This document shows, one piece after another, positions 10,480 through 20,802 of a DNA stretch of 64,000 nucleotides; the stretch's first letter is position 1; every line of letters starts with the position of its first letter. Origin of the DNA: Dehalococcoidia bacterium (GTDB lineage Bacteria > Chloroflexota > Dehalococcoidia > Lucifugimonadales > UBA3495); assembly GCA_963667325.2 (NCBI GenBank), contig CAXXKY010000005.1, forward strand, positions 260,579 to 324,578, in the 5' to 3' direction. The notes under the pieces are model-generated. The model saw only the letters and a list, made by a program, of their open reading frames with translations, did not search any database and was not told the DNA's origin. The translations under genes were made by a program, and so were the position numbers.

Positions 10480-11187
10480 TTACCGTTCGAAGTGGTCATG
10501 AATCAGGGCGGGAAGTTCGAGAAGGCTGGCAATGCGGTGATTCGGCGGTGGCAGATCACTGCGAAGGCCCCGGTCTCCCCTGTCAATCCAGACGGCGTTC
10601 ATTCCCACTTCAGAAGCGCCATATACGTCCTCATAATGGCGGTCCCCCACATATACCGTTTCTTCCGGGGAAAGGGACAGTCGAGACAGCATCTCCCGGA
10701 AAAGCTCAGGCTGAGGTTTGTAGCTTCGAGCCATCTCCGAGGACAGAACGGTCTCGAATTCCAGATCAAGCAATTCCAGGTTGGGCAAGAGAAAACCATC
10801 GTCTGCATTTGACAGGACGGCTATCCGGTAGCCCCGCTCTATCTCCAAGAGCGCTTCCCGAGTCTCGGGAAATGGTTCGCGCCTCGAAAGGTCGGAAAAG
10901 AAGCGACTGGTAGCGGCCTCAGCGTCTCCAGAGATGCCCATCTGCTCAAAGGCAACCCGAAATCCGCTGGCCCAGGCATCAAAATAAGTCTGAAAAGGCA
11001 GTGACGGGTCAGTCCGGCGGTGTCGGAACTGCTCCTCGGATTCGTGCCAGCCTTCCCAGAGCTGCTCTGCAGTAATGCTCAGGCCTTGTTCCTCTACGAT
11101 GGATCGAAAGCTGGTGCGCCATTGTCCGCTGGGGTCCTGCACCAGGGTCTGGTACATGTCGAAGACAACCGCTTTGATCTCTGCCAA
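10480..11187 (-). CDS. HAD-superfamily hydrolase
   Basis: Motif I 'VVFDMYQTL', motif II 'VLSNADDG' and motif IV 'VYVGDRHYEDVYGA'. 235 aa. Confidence 0.8.
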   Translation of the reverse strand: MAEIKAVVFDMYQTLVQDPSGQWRTSFRSIVEEQGLSITAEQLWEGWHESEEQFRHRRTDPSLPFQTYFDAWASGFRVAFEQMGISGDAEAATSRFFSDLSRREPFPETREALLEIERGYRIAVLSNADDGFLLPNLELLDLEFETVLSSEMARSYKPQPELFREMLSRLSLSPEETVYVGDRHYEDVYGASEVGMNAVWIDRGDRGLRSDLPPPNHRIASLLELPALIHDHFER

Positions 11188-11221
11188 GGGACACTCTCAG
11201 CTAAAATGTAGTGGACTTTTC

Positions 11222-12046
11222 TCAACTGCGAGGGCGCACAGCAATCCCGTGGTCAGTCAGAAAGTCCTTCGCCTGACTGATGGAATACTCTCCGAAGTGG
11301 AAGATGCTTGCCGCGAGCACGGCATCTGCTTCCCCTTCATCCAATGCCTCGTAGAGATGCTCCAGCCTGCCTGCCCCGCCGCTGGCTATGACCGGTACCG
11401 AGGTTGCCCTCGAAACCGCCCGCGTGAGTTCCAGATCGTAGCCTCGCTTCTGACCGTCTTCGTCCATGCTGGTAAGCAGAATCTCGCCCGCGCCCAGGTC
11501 GACGGCCCTGGCTGCCCATTTCACTGCGTCGATGCCCATAGGAGTACGTCCCCCGCGGGTGTAGACTTCCCAGCGCGAACATTCGTCCAGGGATATGCTG
11601 GCGTCCGTCGGAGTTGAACGCGCCTCCCCGAGCATCCTGCTTTCCACCCGCTTGGCATCTATGGCGACGACGATGCACTGGTTCCCGAACTGCGCTGCGC
11701 CTTCGCCGACGAGCGCAGGGTTGTTAACCGCGGCGGTATTCAGGGACACTTTGTCGGCGCCAGCCTTCAACATTCGCCGAATGTCTTCAACAGTTCGGAT
11801 GCCGCCGCCCACAGTGAGTGGTATGAATACTTCCTCGGAGACTCGGTGGACGACATCAACCATGGTTTCGCGAGAGTCTGAACTGGCGGTGATATCCAGA
11901 AACACGAGCTCATCGCCTCCCTCTCGGTCATAAACGGCGGCGAGCTCGGCGGGGTCGCCAGCGTCGCGAAGTTCCACGAAGCTGACGCCTTTCACAACAC
12001 GGCCACCGTCCACGTCGAGGCAGGGGATGATTCGTTTCGTGAGCAA
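11222..12046 (-). CDS. hisF: imidazole glycerol phosphate synthase cyclase subunit
   Basis: '[32 protein letters not shown]...[11 protein letters not shown]' and the C-terminal 'IASGGAG..EH...[10 protein letters not shown]' are diagnostic of HisF. It carries an insertion of about 20 aa after 'AIDAKRV'. Confidence 0.95.
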   Translation of the reverse strand: MLTKRIIPCLDVDGGRVVKGVSFVELRDAGDPAELAAVYDREGGDELVFLDITASSDSRETMVDVVHRVSEEVFIPLTVGGGIRTVEDIRRMLKAGADKVSLNTAAVNNPALVGEGAAQFGNQCIVVAIDAKRVESRMLGEARSTPTDASISLDECSRWEVYTRGGRTPMGIDAVKWAARAVDLGAGEILLTSMDEDGQKRGYDLELTRAVSRATSVPVIASGGAGRLEHLYEALDEGEADAVLAASIFHFGEYSISQAKDFLTDHGIAVRPRS

Positions 12047-12183
12047 ATTTCGGTTACCGTCAGATCGGGTGAATATAGTTCGCTAAAAGTATATCATCGA
12101 GCCGCTGCATTGGCGTGGCGGAATGCGTGGGTTAAAATACCGCAGTCTTGGGAATATTCAAATCCGACACATGGAGGTCTGTC

Positions 12184-12579
12184 ATGGCACTTTCACTGGC
12201 CGAGGCAAACCGTATCGTGGAAGGTGCAATAGCCGCCGCGACCGAAATGGGCATCAAGATCAACGTTGCCGTCTGCGATGCGGGCGGCCGGTTGGTCGCC
12301 TTCAATCGTATGGACGGAGCAATCTGGGGCGGAGTGTACGGCTCCCAGGGCAAGGCAGTTGCCAGTGCCGCATTCGGACGCACGAGCGGCGAGCTTCAGG
12401 AGCGGGCGAGTTCCCCCATTATCTCGGGCATCCTGAAGGCCGAGGGGGAGCACGGCATACCCAGCCAGGGCGGCGTCCCCATCGTTCGGGATGGCGTGTT
12501 GGAAGGTGCCTGCGGAGTGGGTGGTGGAACCAGCCAGGAAGACGAGGACTGTGCCAAAGCTGGAATCGCCAAGCTGTAA
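12184..12579 (+). CDS. GlcG/HbpS-like heme-binding protein (DUF336)
   Basis: 'NVAVCDAGGRLVAFNRMDGA....S...KA.....F' and the C-terminal 'GGVPI...G...GA.GVGG' pattern. The start is set at ATG 12184 (MALSLAEA). Confidence 0.8.
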   Translation: MALSLAEANRIVEGAIAAATEMGIKINVAVCDAGGRLVAFNRMDGAIWGGVYGSQGKAVASAAFGRTSGELQERASSPIISGILKAEGEHGIPSQGGVPIVRDGVLEGACGVGGGTSQEDEDCAKAGIAKL

Positions 12580-12651
12580 GGTTCACGATCCGGTAGGACA
12601 GAGTTCCTGGCAAAAGGGGTCCCTGTGGGGGAAGTTCGGAAGAGCTTCCCC

Positions 12652-13341
12652 TTAATTGTTTTTCGCCGGCAGCAGCGCGCTCACAGACGCCGGACTTCCG
12701 CTTCCGCCAACGAGACGCAGCACTCCGATCAAGATGGTTGCTCCCGTCGTCGGCAATTGTTCCAGGTTGGCCAGGTTTTCCAGGGCGATGCGAGGTTGGG
12801 CGAGTACGAGCCTGCTGACTGCGAAGGAGTTGTCTATACCCGGCTCCAATCCTGCGGTGTCTGTTCCCAGCCCGGCGGCTCCCCGTTCTCCGATCAGGAG
12901 CGAGGCCGCGTCAACCCCGAAGCCGGGGAAGTGGACTTGATTTTCCTGGCCAATCCCCAGGTATCCGAACGGGTCGTGCCACTTGGAGGACCATCCGGTG
13001 AGAAGGAGAGCTGTGCTTCCTTCTGGAAAGGGCCCGTTGTTTGCCTCCCATTCCTTCAGGTCTTGAACTGTCAGAGAGTAGTCCGGATTGTCTTGGCACT
13101 TGTCCCGGGCATCAATTACCGCGACAGGCTTTAGCAGGTCTTCCGGCCTGTACAGGTCTACGGTTCTGCCATCCGGGTAGAAGCTGGCAGGTGCGGTTAA
13201 GTGAGTGCCAGCGTGTTCGCTGAGTGAGAACCGGCGGATAAAGTAGCCGTCTTTAGGAAGGTCGGCCCACTTTTCGAACTGAGGCGCGGGGTCGCCGGGC
13301 CAGACAGGCGTTTGAGAGGAAATAGGATGGCTTAAGTCCAC
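12652..13341 (-). CDS. cyclase-family protein (kynurenine-formamidase-like fold)
   Basis: 229 aa containing 'SLSEHAGTHLTAPASF'. This resembles the family motif HxGTHxDxPxH, but the Asp and the last His are replaced. Confidence 0.75.
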   Translation of the reverse strand: MDLSHPISSQTPVWPGDPAPQFEKWADLPKDGYFIRRFSLSEHAGTHLTAPASFYPDGRTVDLYRPEDLLKPVAVIDARDKCQDNPDYSLTVQDLKEWEANNGPFPEGSTALLLTGWSSKWHDPFGYLGIGQENQVHFPGFGVDAASLLIGERGAAGLGTDTAGLEPGIDNSFAVSRLVLAQPRIALENLANLEQLPTTGATILIGVLRLVGGSGSPASVSALLPAKNN

Positions 13342-13344
13342 AAG

Positions 13345-13380
13345 TCGAGAAAATTTAATGGCCCCGATTTCACCGGGGCC
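13345..13380 (-). terminator. intrinsic terminator (minus strand)
   Basis: 7-bp GC stem ggccccg (13360-13366) / cggggcc (13374-13380) with a 7-nt loop. On the minus strand it is followed by AUUAAAUUUUCU. It lies about 90 nt downstream of the small ORF 13472-13675. Confidence 0.5.
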
Positions 13381-13471
13381 GCTCTGGCGATCATTCGTGT
13401 CAATCTTTCCGTCTCCGCCGTTGGATGGCGCCGTATCACTGATACTAATCCATAGATGTCCCGGGAGCCTG

Positions 13472-13675
13472 CTACCTTGACGCTCCGCCTGCTGGAAGCC
13501 AACCGGCGGCCTCCACGCGCTTTTTTAAGACCTCACGGTCGATCCAGCGCATAGCGGAACGGGGATTCTCCTCGTGCGTCAGGGTTCTGCGTTCGGGGCG
13601 CGTCCCATGCACCATACAGCCGGGTCCAGCCAGGTAATTTTCGTTGATGAGATAACCGCGATAGTAGATTTTCAT
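13472..13675 (-). CDS. small hypothetical protein (67 aa)
   Basis: ATG preceded by GAGG 6 nt upstream, and it has its own downstream terminator. No family recognised. Confidence 0.4.
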   Translation of the reverse strand: MKIYYRGYLINENYLAGPGCMVHGTRPERRTLTHEENPRSAMRWIDREVLKKRVEAAGWLPAGGASR

Positions 13676-13922
13676 CGTCCGCCTCGAAAATTAGAAATAT
13701 TGCGACCCTTGGATAAGGCCGGCGAGCGGATGAGCCGCCGGATGAAAATGGCGCATATATGTTCTAATGCTGAGGCTGCGCTGGTCAATGGCCTACTGTC
13801 AGTAAATTTTGGGTGTGATCGCGGCAGAGGGGCTTGCTCACCCAACCCGACATAACCAACCCGGCGCAACGCCCTATCTCCATGATGACGGGCCAAGGTA
13901 CGACCTGCCACGGATGTGAAGG

Positions 13923-15179
13923 CTAGTTTGAGGTGATTTCGGAGAGGAAATCGGACAACGCCCGCGATTGCTGGGTAGAAGCCGACATGTCGCGGACGAC
14001 AACCTCCTCTTTTTCGATCTCGTCGTCGCCCAGGATCAGGGCGTAAGGAATGTTGAGAGCGTTGGCCTGCCTCATCTGCCCCCGCAATCCTCGGGTCCCG
14101 CTGCTGAGGATCGCCCCGACTCCGGCACGCCGAAGCTTGGCGGCGAGCTCGAGAGCTGCCGTACGGGCATTGTCGCCCACGTTGGCGACCAGGTATCGAG
14201 GCGAAGGTTCTTCAGGAACCGGCACATCTCCGCGCTTCAGGTTCAAGGTCAGCCGTTCTATGCCGGTAGCAAAGCCGATGCCGGGAGTTGGACGTCCTCC
14301 CAATTCCGTAATCAGGCCGTCGTAGCGTCCGCCGCCGCATATGGTGGACTGGCCACCCACGTCCAACGGCTGTATCTCAAATACGGTCCGCGTGTAGTAG
14401 TCAAGGCCGCGCACCAGCCGGTGATCGACGACGTGCGGCAAGTTGATGGCCGAGAGGTAGCCCGAAAGCTTCTCCCAGTGCTCCTGACAGTCGCCGCAGA
14501 GATATTCAGTGGAACGGGGCGCTTCATCGCCGAGAGCGTGGCAGGCCTCCACCTTGCAGTCCAGAAGGCGGAGCGGGTTGCGTCCCAACCGGTCCCGGCA
14601 GTCATTGCAAAGTCTGTCGTGGTGACCAGTGTAATAGTCCCGCAATCGCTCTACGTAAGCAGGACGGCACTCGGCGTCTCCAATGCTGTTGACCAGCAAC
14701 TGGATGTCGCGGAGGCCAAGGCTCCCCATCAGCTCCCAGGCCACTTCGATCACCTCCGCATCCACCGATGGATCGGCGTCCCCGAGGGCTTCCACCCCGA
14801 ACTGGTGATGCTGGCGGAAGCGGCCTGCCTGGGGCCTCTCATAACGGAAGACAGGACAGAAGTAGTACATCCGCACCGGCTGCGGCAGATTGTGCATGCC
14901 GTGCTCAAGATATGCGCGACAAACGGGCGCCGTGCCTTCCGGACGCAGAGTAACGCTGTCACCCCCGCGGTCTGCGAAGGTGTACATTTCCTTTTCAACG
15001 ATGTCTGTGCCTTCTCCGACGGAGCGGACAAAGAGGTTGGAGTCTTCGAACGCTGGAGTATCGATGCGTCCGTAGCCGAAACGGTTTGAGATTTCCACTG
15101 CCTTGGACTCTATGTAACGCCAGTACTTTTGCTCTTCTGGAAGATGGTCGGCAGTGCCGCGGGGCGCGCGAAATACCAC
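13923..15179 (-). CDS. hisS: histidine--tRNA ligase
   Basis: 'RAPRGTADHLPEE...W', motif 2 'YYFCPVFRYERPQAGRFRQHHQFG' and motif 3 'GGGRYDGL' are class IIa HisRS hallmarks. GTG start with GGAG 8 nt upstream. Confidence 0.95.
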   Translation of the reverse strand: MVFRAPRGTADHLPEEQKYWRYIESKAVEISNRFGYGRIDTPAFEDSNLFVRSVGEGTDIVEKEMYTFADRGGDSVTLRPEGTAPVCRAYLEHGMHNLPQPVRMYYFCPVFRYERPQAGRFRQHHQFGVEALGDADPSVDAEVIEVAWELMGSLGLRDIQLLVNSIGDAECRPAYVERLRDYYTGHHDRLCNDCRDRLGRNPLRLLDCKVEACHALGDEAPRSTEYLCGDCQEHWEKLSGYLSAINLPHVVDHRLVRGLDYYTRTVFEIQPLDVGGQSTICGGGRYDGLITELGGRPTPGIGFATGIERLTLNLKRGDVPVPEEPSPRYLVANVGDNARTAALELAAKLRRAGVGAILSSGTRGLRGQMRQANALNIPYALILGDDEIEKEEVVVRDMSASTQQSRALSDFLSEITSN

Positions 15180-15211
15180 AATAGTTACTCCGGAGGAGAA
15201 TGCATGCCTTT

Positions 15212-15240
15212 ATTATAAGTTCGACGGACTGGAGTTTGAA
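15212..15240 (-). promoter_or_regulatory. candidate sigma70-type promoter of hisS
   Basis: Minus strand reads TTCAAA (15240-15235), a 17-nt spacer, then a perfect TATAAT (15217-15212). The -10 ends 32 nt upstream of the GTG start. Confidence 0.35.
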
Positions 15241-15557
15241 AGACGCTCTCCCGGACCAGGACTAACGCATTTGGATGGCCTTGTGACATTTCCTTATTGC
15301 CAAGACCGACGGCGCATCCCTAACATGGTTCTTGTAAGCCTTGTCCAACTCAACTCGAGTGCAACTGCCGTCCGCCGGACTTTGGTAGGAAAACTGGAAT
15401 GGCCGAATATGGGCGGAAATGACAGAGAAATTTTATTTCCACTCCTCCACCCTTGCGAAAGTAGGAATGACCGAGGGTTGCGATTCCAAATGCGTTTGCC
15501 TTGGGGCTACTGACAGGAATGTGAGATGACACTTCTGTAGAAAAGACAGCCGTGACC

Positions 15558-16484
15558 CTAGGCGCTGCCGTTGGAGACTCCGTCTTTCAGCGGAGCCAGC
15601 ACGGCGTAGATAAACTCGTTTACCGGGGTTTGAATTCCGGCCTCATGCCCCAACCGCACCACGGCGCCATTCAATGCCTCCAGTTCCGTAGGGCGACCCT
15701 GTTCGAAGTCGTAATGCATCGAATTCTGGAAGTCAGGGAAACCCCTAATGAAGTCGACGGATCGCTCAACAAAACCCTCCGGCAGATTGACGCCGATGGC
15801 CTGGCCCACCGAGTACGTTTCGCGCATCGCTTCAGTGAACAGAGCAAGGCCTTCGGGCCGATGTATGAACTCACGAATACGAGTGCGGGACGCGCTGGTT
15901 ATTCCGGCAATGGAGCACAAAACAACAAACTTGGACCAGATGACCTGAAGCGGGTCTTCCGACAGTTCCACGTCTATCCCTGCTTGCGCAATGGTGTCCC
16001 GAATCTCTTCAGCTCGCTGACTAATGCCGCTCGCCTCCTCTCCGAACGACAGTCGCGGCCTGGGTCCCACGCTTGCGACAACTCCGGGAGCCTCTATGCT
16101 GGAGGCGCTCCAAAATGCCCCTGGCAAGGCATGACCACTTCCGAGTTCAGCCGCCAGTTGCAGGTGGCATTCCACGCCATTCTGCAGACTGAGGACCGCG
16201 GTGCGCGGTCCCACCAGGGGTCGTATGGCATGGATCGCTGCTGGGTTGTGGTAAGTCTTTACCGTGTAAAGAACAAGGTCGACCGGGCCTACGGCCGATG
16301 GGTCGTCAGTCGCGCGCAACCGCACCACAAACCCCGCGTCGTCCTGCTTCAGTCGGAGCCCATTGGCCTGGATAGCCCGCAGGTGTTCTCCACGGGCGAT
16401 GAGCGTTACGTCGCAGTCCGAACGGGAGAGCAGCGCCCCGAGCCATCCGCCGACGCCGCCGGTGCCCATGACGGCTATGCGCAT
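15558..16484 (-). CDS. panE: 2-dehydropantoate 2-reductase (ketopantoate reductase family)
   Basis: N-terminal Rossmann 'MRIAVMGTGGVGGWLG' and ApbA/PanE C-terminal domain ('S.L.D...G...E......G'). Confidence 0.8.
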   Translation of the reverse strand: MRIAVMGTGGVGGWLGALLSRSDCDVTLIARGEHLRAIQANGLRLKQDDAGFVVRLRATDDPSAVGPVDLVLYTVKTYHNPAAIHAIRPLVGPRTAVLSLQNGVECHLQLAAELGSGHALPGAFWSASSIEAPGVVASVGPRPRLSFGEEASGISQRAEEIRDTIAQAGIDVELSEDPLQVIWSKFVVLCSIAGITSASRTRIREFIHRPEGLALFTEAMRETYSVGQAIGVNLPEGFVERSVDFIRGFPDFQNSMHYDFEQGRPTELEALNGAVVRLGHEAGIQTPVNEFIYAVLAPLKDGVSNGSA

Positions 16485-16498
16485 TGTCGCCCAGGCTC

Positions 16499-17737
16499 CT
16501 AGACTCGGCCTTCAGCAGCCAAATCAGCCAGTTCCTTGGCGGAGAGGCCGCCCATGCCGCAGAGGATCTCGGCGTTGTGTTCGCCCAGCAGCGGGGGCTG
16601 ACGGTTGGGTGTTCCAGAGGTCCCGACGAGGTGGATGGGGGTGTTGACGGTGCGGAAGATGCCGCCCATATCATCCCCGCCGTTTATGAACATGCCTCTG
16701 GCTTCCAGGTGCGGACATGCGTCAAGATCGGACTGATCCTGCACCATGCCCATGGAGTACCCGATTTCTATCAATCTTTGCGTTACTTCGGATTTTGAAC
16801 GTTGCTTCGTCCACTCTTCGATGGCAGGCACGAAATGGTTCATGTAGAACTCACCACTGATGCCCTCGCCCAGGTATCGGGGGTCTTCTACAAGGTCCTC
16901 ACGGCCGATCAACCGCCAGAGGTCCTTCCATTTTTCGGCCCCTCCGGCTCCTGCAAGGACGACGTATCCGTCTTTGGCCTCTAGGGCAAGCTGGGCGCTG
17001 AGCATGTTGCCTCGCTCACGTCCCGCCACCTGCCCGGTGGCTTGGTAGAAGGGCATGGTGCTGGTCATGTGGGCCACCATACAGTCGTACATTGCCATGT
17101 CGATGTACTGGCCTCTGCCAGTTTTGTGGCGGGTTTCAAGGGCCATCATTATGGCCAGAGCGGTCCAGACTCCCGGGACGGAGTCTCCGATGTTGTCGCC
17201 AACCATCTGCGGCCCTCCCCCGGGGCTGCCGGTGACGGTCATCCAGCCCCCCATACCCTGGACGCAGGGGTTGTTTGCCGGCCATTGGGAATATGGTCCG
17301 GGGGCGGGCCCGTCGGGATCGCCGTAGCCAGTGAGGCTGGCGTAAATCAAACGCGGATTGATTTCCGTCAGGTGGTCATAACCCAGTCCAAGGCGGCGCA
17401 GAGCTCCTGGTCCCCAGTTGTCCAGCAATATGTCAGACTCGGAGACCATCTTCTCGAATGCCTGTTTGCAGCGAGGATCGCGCAGGTCTATGGACACACT
17501 CTTCTTGTTGCGGTTGAGGCCGAGGTACCTGGAACTGACACGCTGACCTTCCGGACCGTCAATAAATGGACCGTTGCTCCTGCCGCGTTCCCCGACGCCC
17601 GGCCGCTCAATCTTGATGACCTCGGCCCCCATGTCTGCGAGTATCATGGAACAGAAGGGCCCGGCGACTATGTGGGTCACGTCCAGTACGCGCAACCCGT
17701 CCAAAGGCAATGGGGTGCTATCGGGTTCCGCGATCAT
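16499..17737 (-). CDS. CoA-transferase family III (CaiB/BaiF-type)
   Basis: 'LDGLRVLDVTHIVAGPFCSMILADMGAEVIKIERPG' is the canonical family III N-terminus. 412 aa. Confidence 0.9.
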   Translation of the reverse strand: MIAEPDSTPLPLDGLRVLDVTHIVAGPFCSMILADMGAEVIKIERPGVGERGRSNGPFIDGPEGQRVSSRYLGLNRNKKSVSIDLRDPRCKQAFEKMVSESDILLDNWGPGALRRLGLGYDHLTEINPRLIYASLTGYGDPDGPAPGPYSQWPANNPCVQGMGGWMTVTGSPGGGPQMVGDNIGDSVPGVWTALAIMMALETRHKTGRGQYIDMAMYDCMVAHMTSTMPFYQATGQVAGRERGNMLSAQLALEAKDGYVVLAGAGGAEKWKDLWRLIGREDLVEDPRYLGEGISGEFYMNHFVPAIEEWTKQRSKSEVTQRLIEIGYSMGMVQDQSDLDACPHLEARGMFINGGDDMGGIFRTVNTPIHLVGTSGTPNRQPPLLGEHNAEILCGMGGLSAKELADLAAEGRV

Positions 17738-17739
17738 TG

Positions 17740-18276
17740 TTAGTCCCCCTCCGGCTGGAGATCGACAGGAATTTGAAGTCCCAGGCCATTGGCTATGAAT
17801 CTCTTTGCATTGCGTACGTAGTTGGCGGTCGGGTTCTGCAGTCGCGCCACCTGTGCCGGGCTCAGAGGCCGAATCTGCCCCGGAACGCCTATGACCAGTG
17901 AGTGGGACGGAACGTGGCCCCGCACGATCGCGCCAGCACCGATGAAGACATAGTCCCCAACGTCAGCGTCTTCGAGGAGTACGGCATTGACCCCTATCAG
18001 TACGTTGCTGCCGACCTTGCCGCCATGCACCACGGCACCGTGGGTCAGGAGCACGTTGTCTCCCATCTCCAGGTGGTCGTCTGTATGGAGTACACAATTG
18101 TCCTGGAGTGAGCAGTCCTTGCCGACGATGATGTCCCCATAATCTGCGCGAATGACGGCTCCCGGCCAGATGCTGGAACCCTCGCCTATGGTGACATCTC
18201 CGACGATGTATGCTGCTTCGCTCACGAATACTGAGGGATGGATCCTGGGGAATTTGCCGTCAAGTCCTCGTATCAA
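17740..18276 (-). CDS. gamma-carbonic-anhydrase-like / hexapeptide-repeat protein
   Basis: Left-handed beta-helix repeats: 'VFVSEAAYIVGDVTIGEGSSIWPGAVIRADYGDIIVG..CSLQDNCVLH'. The stop of this gene is 2 nt from the start of the CoA-transferase. Confidence 0.85.
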   Translation of the reverse strand: MIRGLDGKFPRIHPSVFVSEAAYIVGDVTIGEGSSIWPGAVIRADYGDIIVGKDCSLQDNCVLHTDDHLEMGDNVLLTHGAVVHGGKVGSNVLIGVNAVLLEDADVGDYVFIGAGAIVRGHVPSHSLVIGVPGQIRPLSPAQVARLQNPTANYVRNAKRFIANGLGLQIPVDLQPEGD

Positions 18277-18307
18277 ATGGACCTCCCGTATTAGCCATGG
18301 CCGTTAG

Positions 18308-20004
18308 CCCGAATCCACCGAAGAGATGAGGGTGGAGGTGGGTTGAGATGATAAGAAAGTGCTCCTTTCCTTCTGGGATAATGGTTTTTGTGACAGAAAA
18401 CCGGCCCAAGAGAGGAGCACCCAATAGATGCTACCACGCAACCACCTCCGCCGCATCCGAATCGCCTTCGACGACCACCGCTTGGTCAACAATGCCGGGC
18501 TGATTCTTCCCGCCACCCTGGCCCAGCACTTGGGTCTGCCCCAACTGGTGGACCGGCACCTGGACCTGGGCCGGGCCCCAGGCCGAGCCAACGTGGGGGA
18601 CAAGATCATGACGTTGGTGGCGTCGGCTCTGGCTGGGGGCGACTGCATCGACGACGCCGACGCGATGCGCACCGGCAGGACCGCTGCGGTGCTGGGCTGT
18701 ACCGTGAAGGCGCCGTCCACCCTGGGCACCTTCCTGCGCAGCTTCCGGTGGGGACACGTGCGCCAACTGGATCGGGTGAGCAGAAAACTGCTGGCGCGAG
18801 CCTGGGCCGCTGGGGCCGGACCCGGCGACGGGCCGTTGACCATCGACGTGGACTCCACCAACTGCGAGACCTTCGGTCTGGCCAAGGAAGGAGCCCGCCG
18901 GCACAACTACGCTGGCCAGCGCGGCTATCACCCCCTGCTGGCCGTGGCCGCCGGCACCGGCGACGTGCTGATGGCCCGTCTCCGCCAGGGCCGGGCCAAC
19001 ACTGCTCGGGGCGCTGCCAACTTCCTGCGGGAGACGGTGAGCCGGGTCCGCGGCGCCGGAGCCAAAGGCCAGCTCACCCTGCGGGCCGACAGCGGCTTCT
19101 ACAACCACGATGTGGTCGCCGTCTGCCGCAGGACAGGTGTCCGCTTCTCCATCACCATCCGCCAGCACCAGAGCCTGCGCAATCTCATCGATGCCATACC
19201 CGAGGAAGACTGGACGCCCATCCCCTATTGGATGGAGGGTGCCGCCGACGTGGCCGAGACAACTTACACCCCCTTCCAGAGTGAACCCGACGCCACTCCG
19301 CTGCGCCTCATCGTCCGCCGGGTGAAGCCAACGCCCGGCTCTCAACTGGCCCTCTTCCACACCTATAGCTACCACGGCTTCATCACCGATAGAGAGGGCG
19401 ACACTATGGAACTGGAGGCCGACCACCGCCGCCACGCCGAGGTGGAGAACGCCATTCGCGACCTGAAGTACGGCGTGGGTCTCAACCATCTCCCCTCGGG
19501 CCGCTTCCCCGCCAACGCCGCCTGGCTGGCCGTGCAAGTCATGGCCCACAATCTGGCCCGCTGGACGGCGCGGATTGCCCTAGGCCAGCAGGTGGTCACC
19601 ACCAAGACCCTGCGCAGTCGCCTCTTCTCCCTGGCTGGGCGGATCACCCGCAAGGCCCGCCGTATAACCCTGCACCTTCCCAAGGGCTGGCCCTGGCAGG
19701 ACCAGGTGAATAGCGCCCTGCTCAAACTGCGCACCCTGCCGCTCCCTGCTTGACGGCCCAATGGCGCCGGACCCAACTGTAAGCCCCTCAGACTCGCGCC
19801 AGCTTGCTACGCGAGGGACGCCTCTTGACACACCACCCGTCAAATCCGGCAAATCTCCGCCCCTGATCCTCTGGGCAACTGCCTTCAAACCACCAATCGG
19901 GTACACCAGCCATCCCCCTCTGCGAAAATCACCAGTCCGCCCCATCCTTGGCCCCCAAAGTACCCCTTCTCCTACGCTAACCATTGCCTATCGGTGGATT
20001 CGGG
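18308..20004 (+). mobile_element. IS1380-family insertion sequence, copy 1 (1,697 bp)
   Basis: Terminal inverted repeats cccgaatccaccg (18308-18320) and cggtggattcggg (19992-20004). Direct 5-bp target duplication GTTAG at 18303-18307 and 20005-20009. Intergenic insertion. Confidence 0.9.
18428..19753 (+). CDS. IS1380-family DDE transposase
   Basis: 441 aa. The 'FDDHRLVNNAGL...' N-terminus, 'RADSGFYNHDV' and 'HRRHAEVENAIRDLK' are typical of IS1380 transposases. Confidence 0.9.
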   Translation: MLPRNHLRRIRIAFDDHRLVNNAGLILPATLAQHLGLPQLVDRHLDLGRAPGRANVGDKIMTLVASALAGGDCIDDADAMRTGRTAAVLGCTVKAPSTLGTFLRSFRWGHVRQLDRVSRKLLARAWAAGAGPGDGPLTIDVDSTNCETFGLAKEGARRHNYAGQRGYHPLLAVAAGTGDVLMARLRQGRANTARGAANFLRETVSRVRGAGAKGQLTLRADSGFYNHDVVAVCRRTGVRFSITIRQHQSLRNLIDAIPEEDWTPIPYWMEGAADVAETTYTPFQSEPDATPLRLIVRRVKPTPGSQLALFHTYSYHGFITDREGDTMELEADHRRHAEVENAIRDLKYGVGLNHLPSGRFPANAAWLAVQVMAHNLARWTARIALGQQVVTTKTLRSRLFSLAGRITRKARRITLHLPKGWPWQDQVNSALLKLRTLPLPA

Positions 20005-20088
20005 GTTAGCCATTGAAGTGAATCGTTAAGAGAATACAATCACAGCCGTGTCATCGCTACCTTGCCCGCTAAGATCAAGGGAAATCGA

Positions 20089-20802
20089 TTACAGCCCGAA
20101 AACCCCCTTGATTCCCTGAACACTGTACAGGCAGGCATAGGCGACCACAAAAAATTTGACCTGCTTGCCAAGCCCAACCGCAACGAGGTAGCGCCATAGC
20201 GGATACCTCAGAGCACCGGCTGCTATACCTGCAACGTCGAATATGGGATTGGGGACCGCGGAGATTACGAACAACAGCAGCCATCCCCGGCGTCTCATCC
20301 AGCTTTCTATCTGGCGATAGAACCGCCCTCGCTCAAAGACTCGGCTGCCACTGTAGCCTAGAAAGTATCCGGTCAGCTCCCCAAGGGTTCCCGCGAGACC
20401 CGCGATTATTGCGACAGCGACAGGGTTCAGGAAAGTAGCGGTGGTACAGGTTATCGCCAGGGCAGGCACAGGCACCACGAGTCCACCGCTGGCCAGCAGG
20501 ACCGCACCCGCCACGGCCCCGTAGCTGAGACGTCCCACGCTTATACGATCCTGCATGAAGAAGGCTGCGGTGGAGATCACGACCACCAAGAACAGGATCA
20601 GGAGACGGCCACGCCAGGTCGAGGTCAACCATTCGATGGCGGAATTGAACGTGATGATTCGGGAGTGGAGAGCAGGAACAGTACCCGCTGCCTCGCCGAG
20701 GTGCGCGACACCGTCTGTGACGGAGGGACCCTCTCCGGCGGCATCAGGGGGTGTTTCGAGCGGCTGTGTGATGCTGTTGAGCCTAGCCGCCCGGCGGCGC
20801 AT
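20089..20802 (-). CDS. DedA / VTT-domain membrane protein
   Basis: Polytopic membrane protein. '...GELTGYFLGYSG...' and 'SAVPNPIFDVAGIAAGALRYPLWRYL' resemble the DedA/TVP38 family. The exact start is uncertain. Confidence 0.7.
   Translation of the reverse strand: MRRRAARLNSITQPLETPPDAAGEGPSVTDGVAHLGEAAGTVPALHSRIITFNSAIEWLTSTWRGRLLILFLVVVISTAAFFMQDRISVGRLSYGAVAGAVLLASGGLVVPVPALAITCTTATFLNPVAVAIIAGLAGTLGELTGYFLGYSGSRVFERGRFYRQIESWMRRRGWLLLFVISAVPNPIFDVAGIAAGALRYPLWRYLVAVGLGKQVKFFVVAYACLYSVQGIKGVFGL

Noticed and set aside
15180-15557. T-box leader upstream of hisS
   Set aside because: The only GGGUGG-like string (minus strand, about 15440-15460) lacks the ACCGCG part of the T-box. It also lies about 270 nt from the start codon rather than next to a terminator/antiterminator. 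A simple promoter plus RBS explains the region.
18431-19549. 372-aa ORF antisense to the IS1380 transposase, and its twin at 26382-27908
   Set aside because: It has the same shadow-ORF character (Gly/Ala/Val/His-rich with no start context). The sense ORF carries the DDE transposase motifs.
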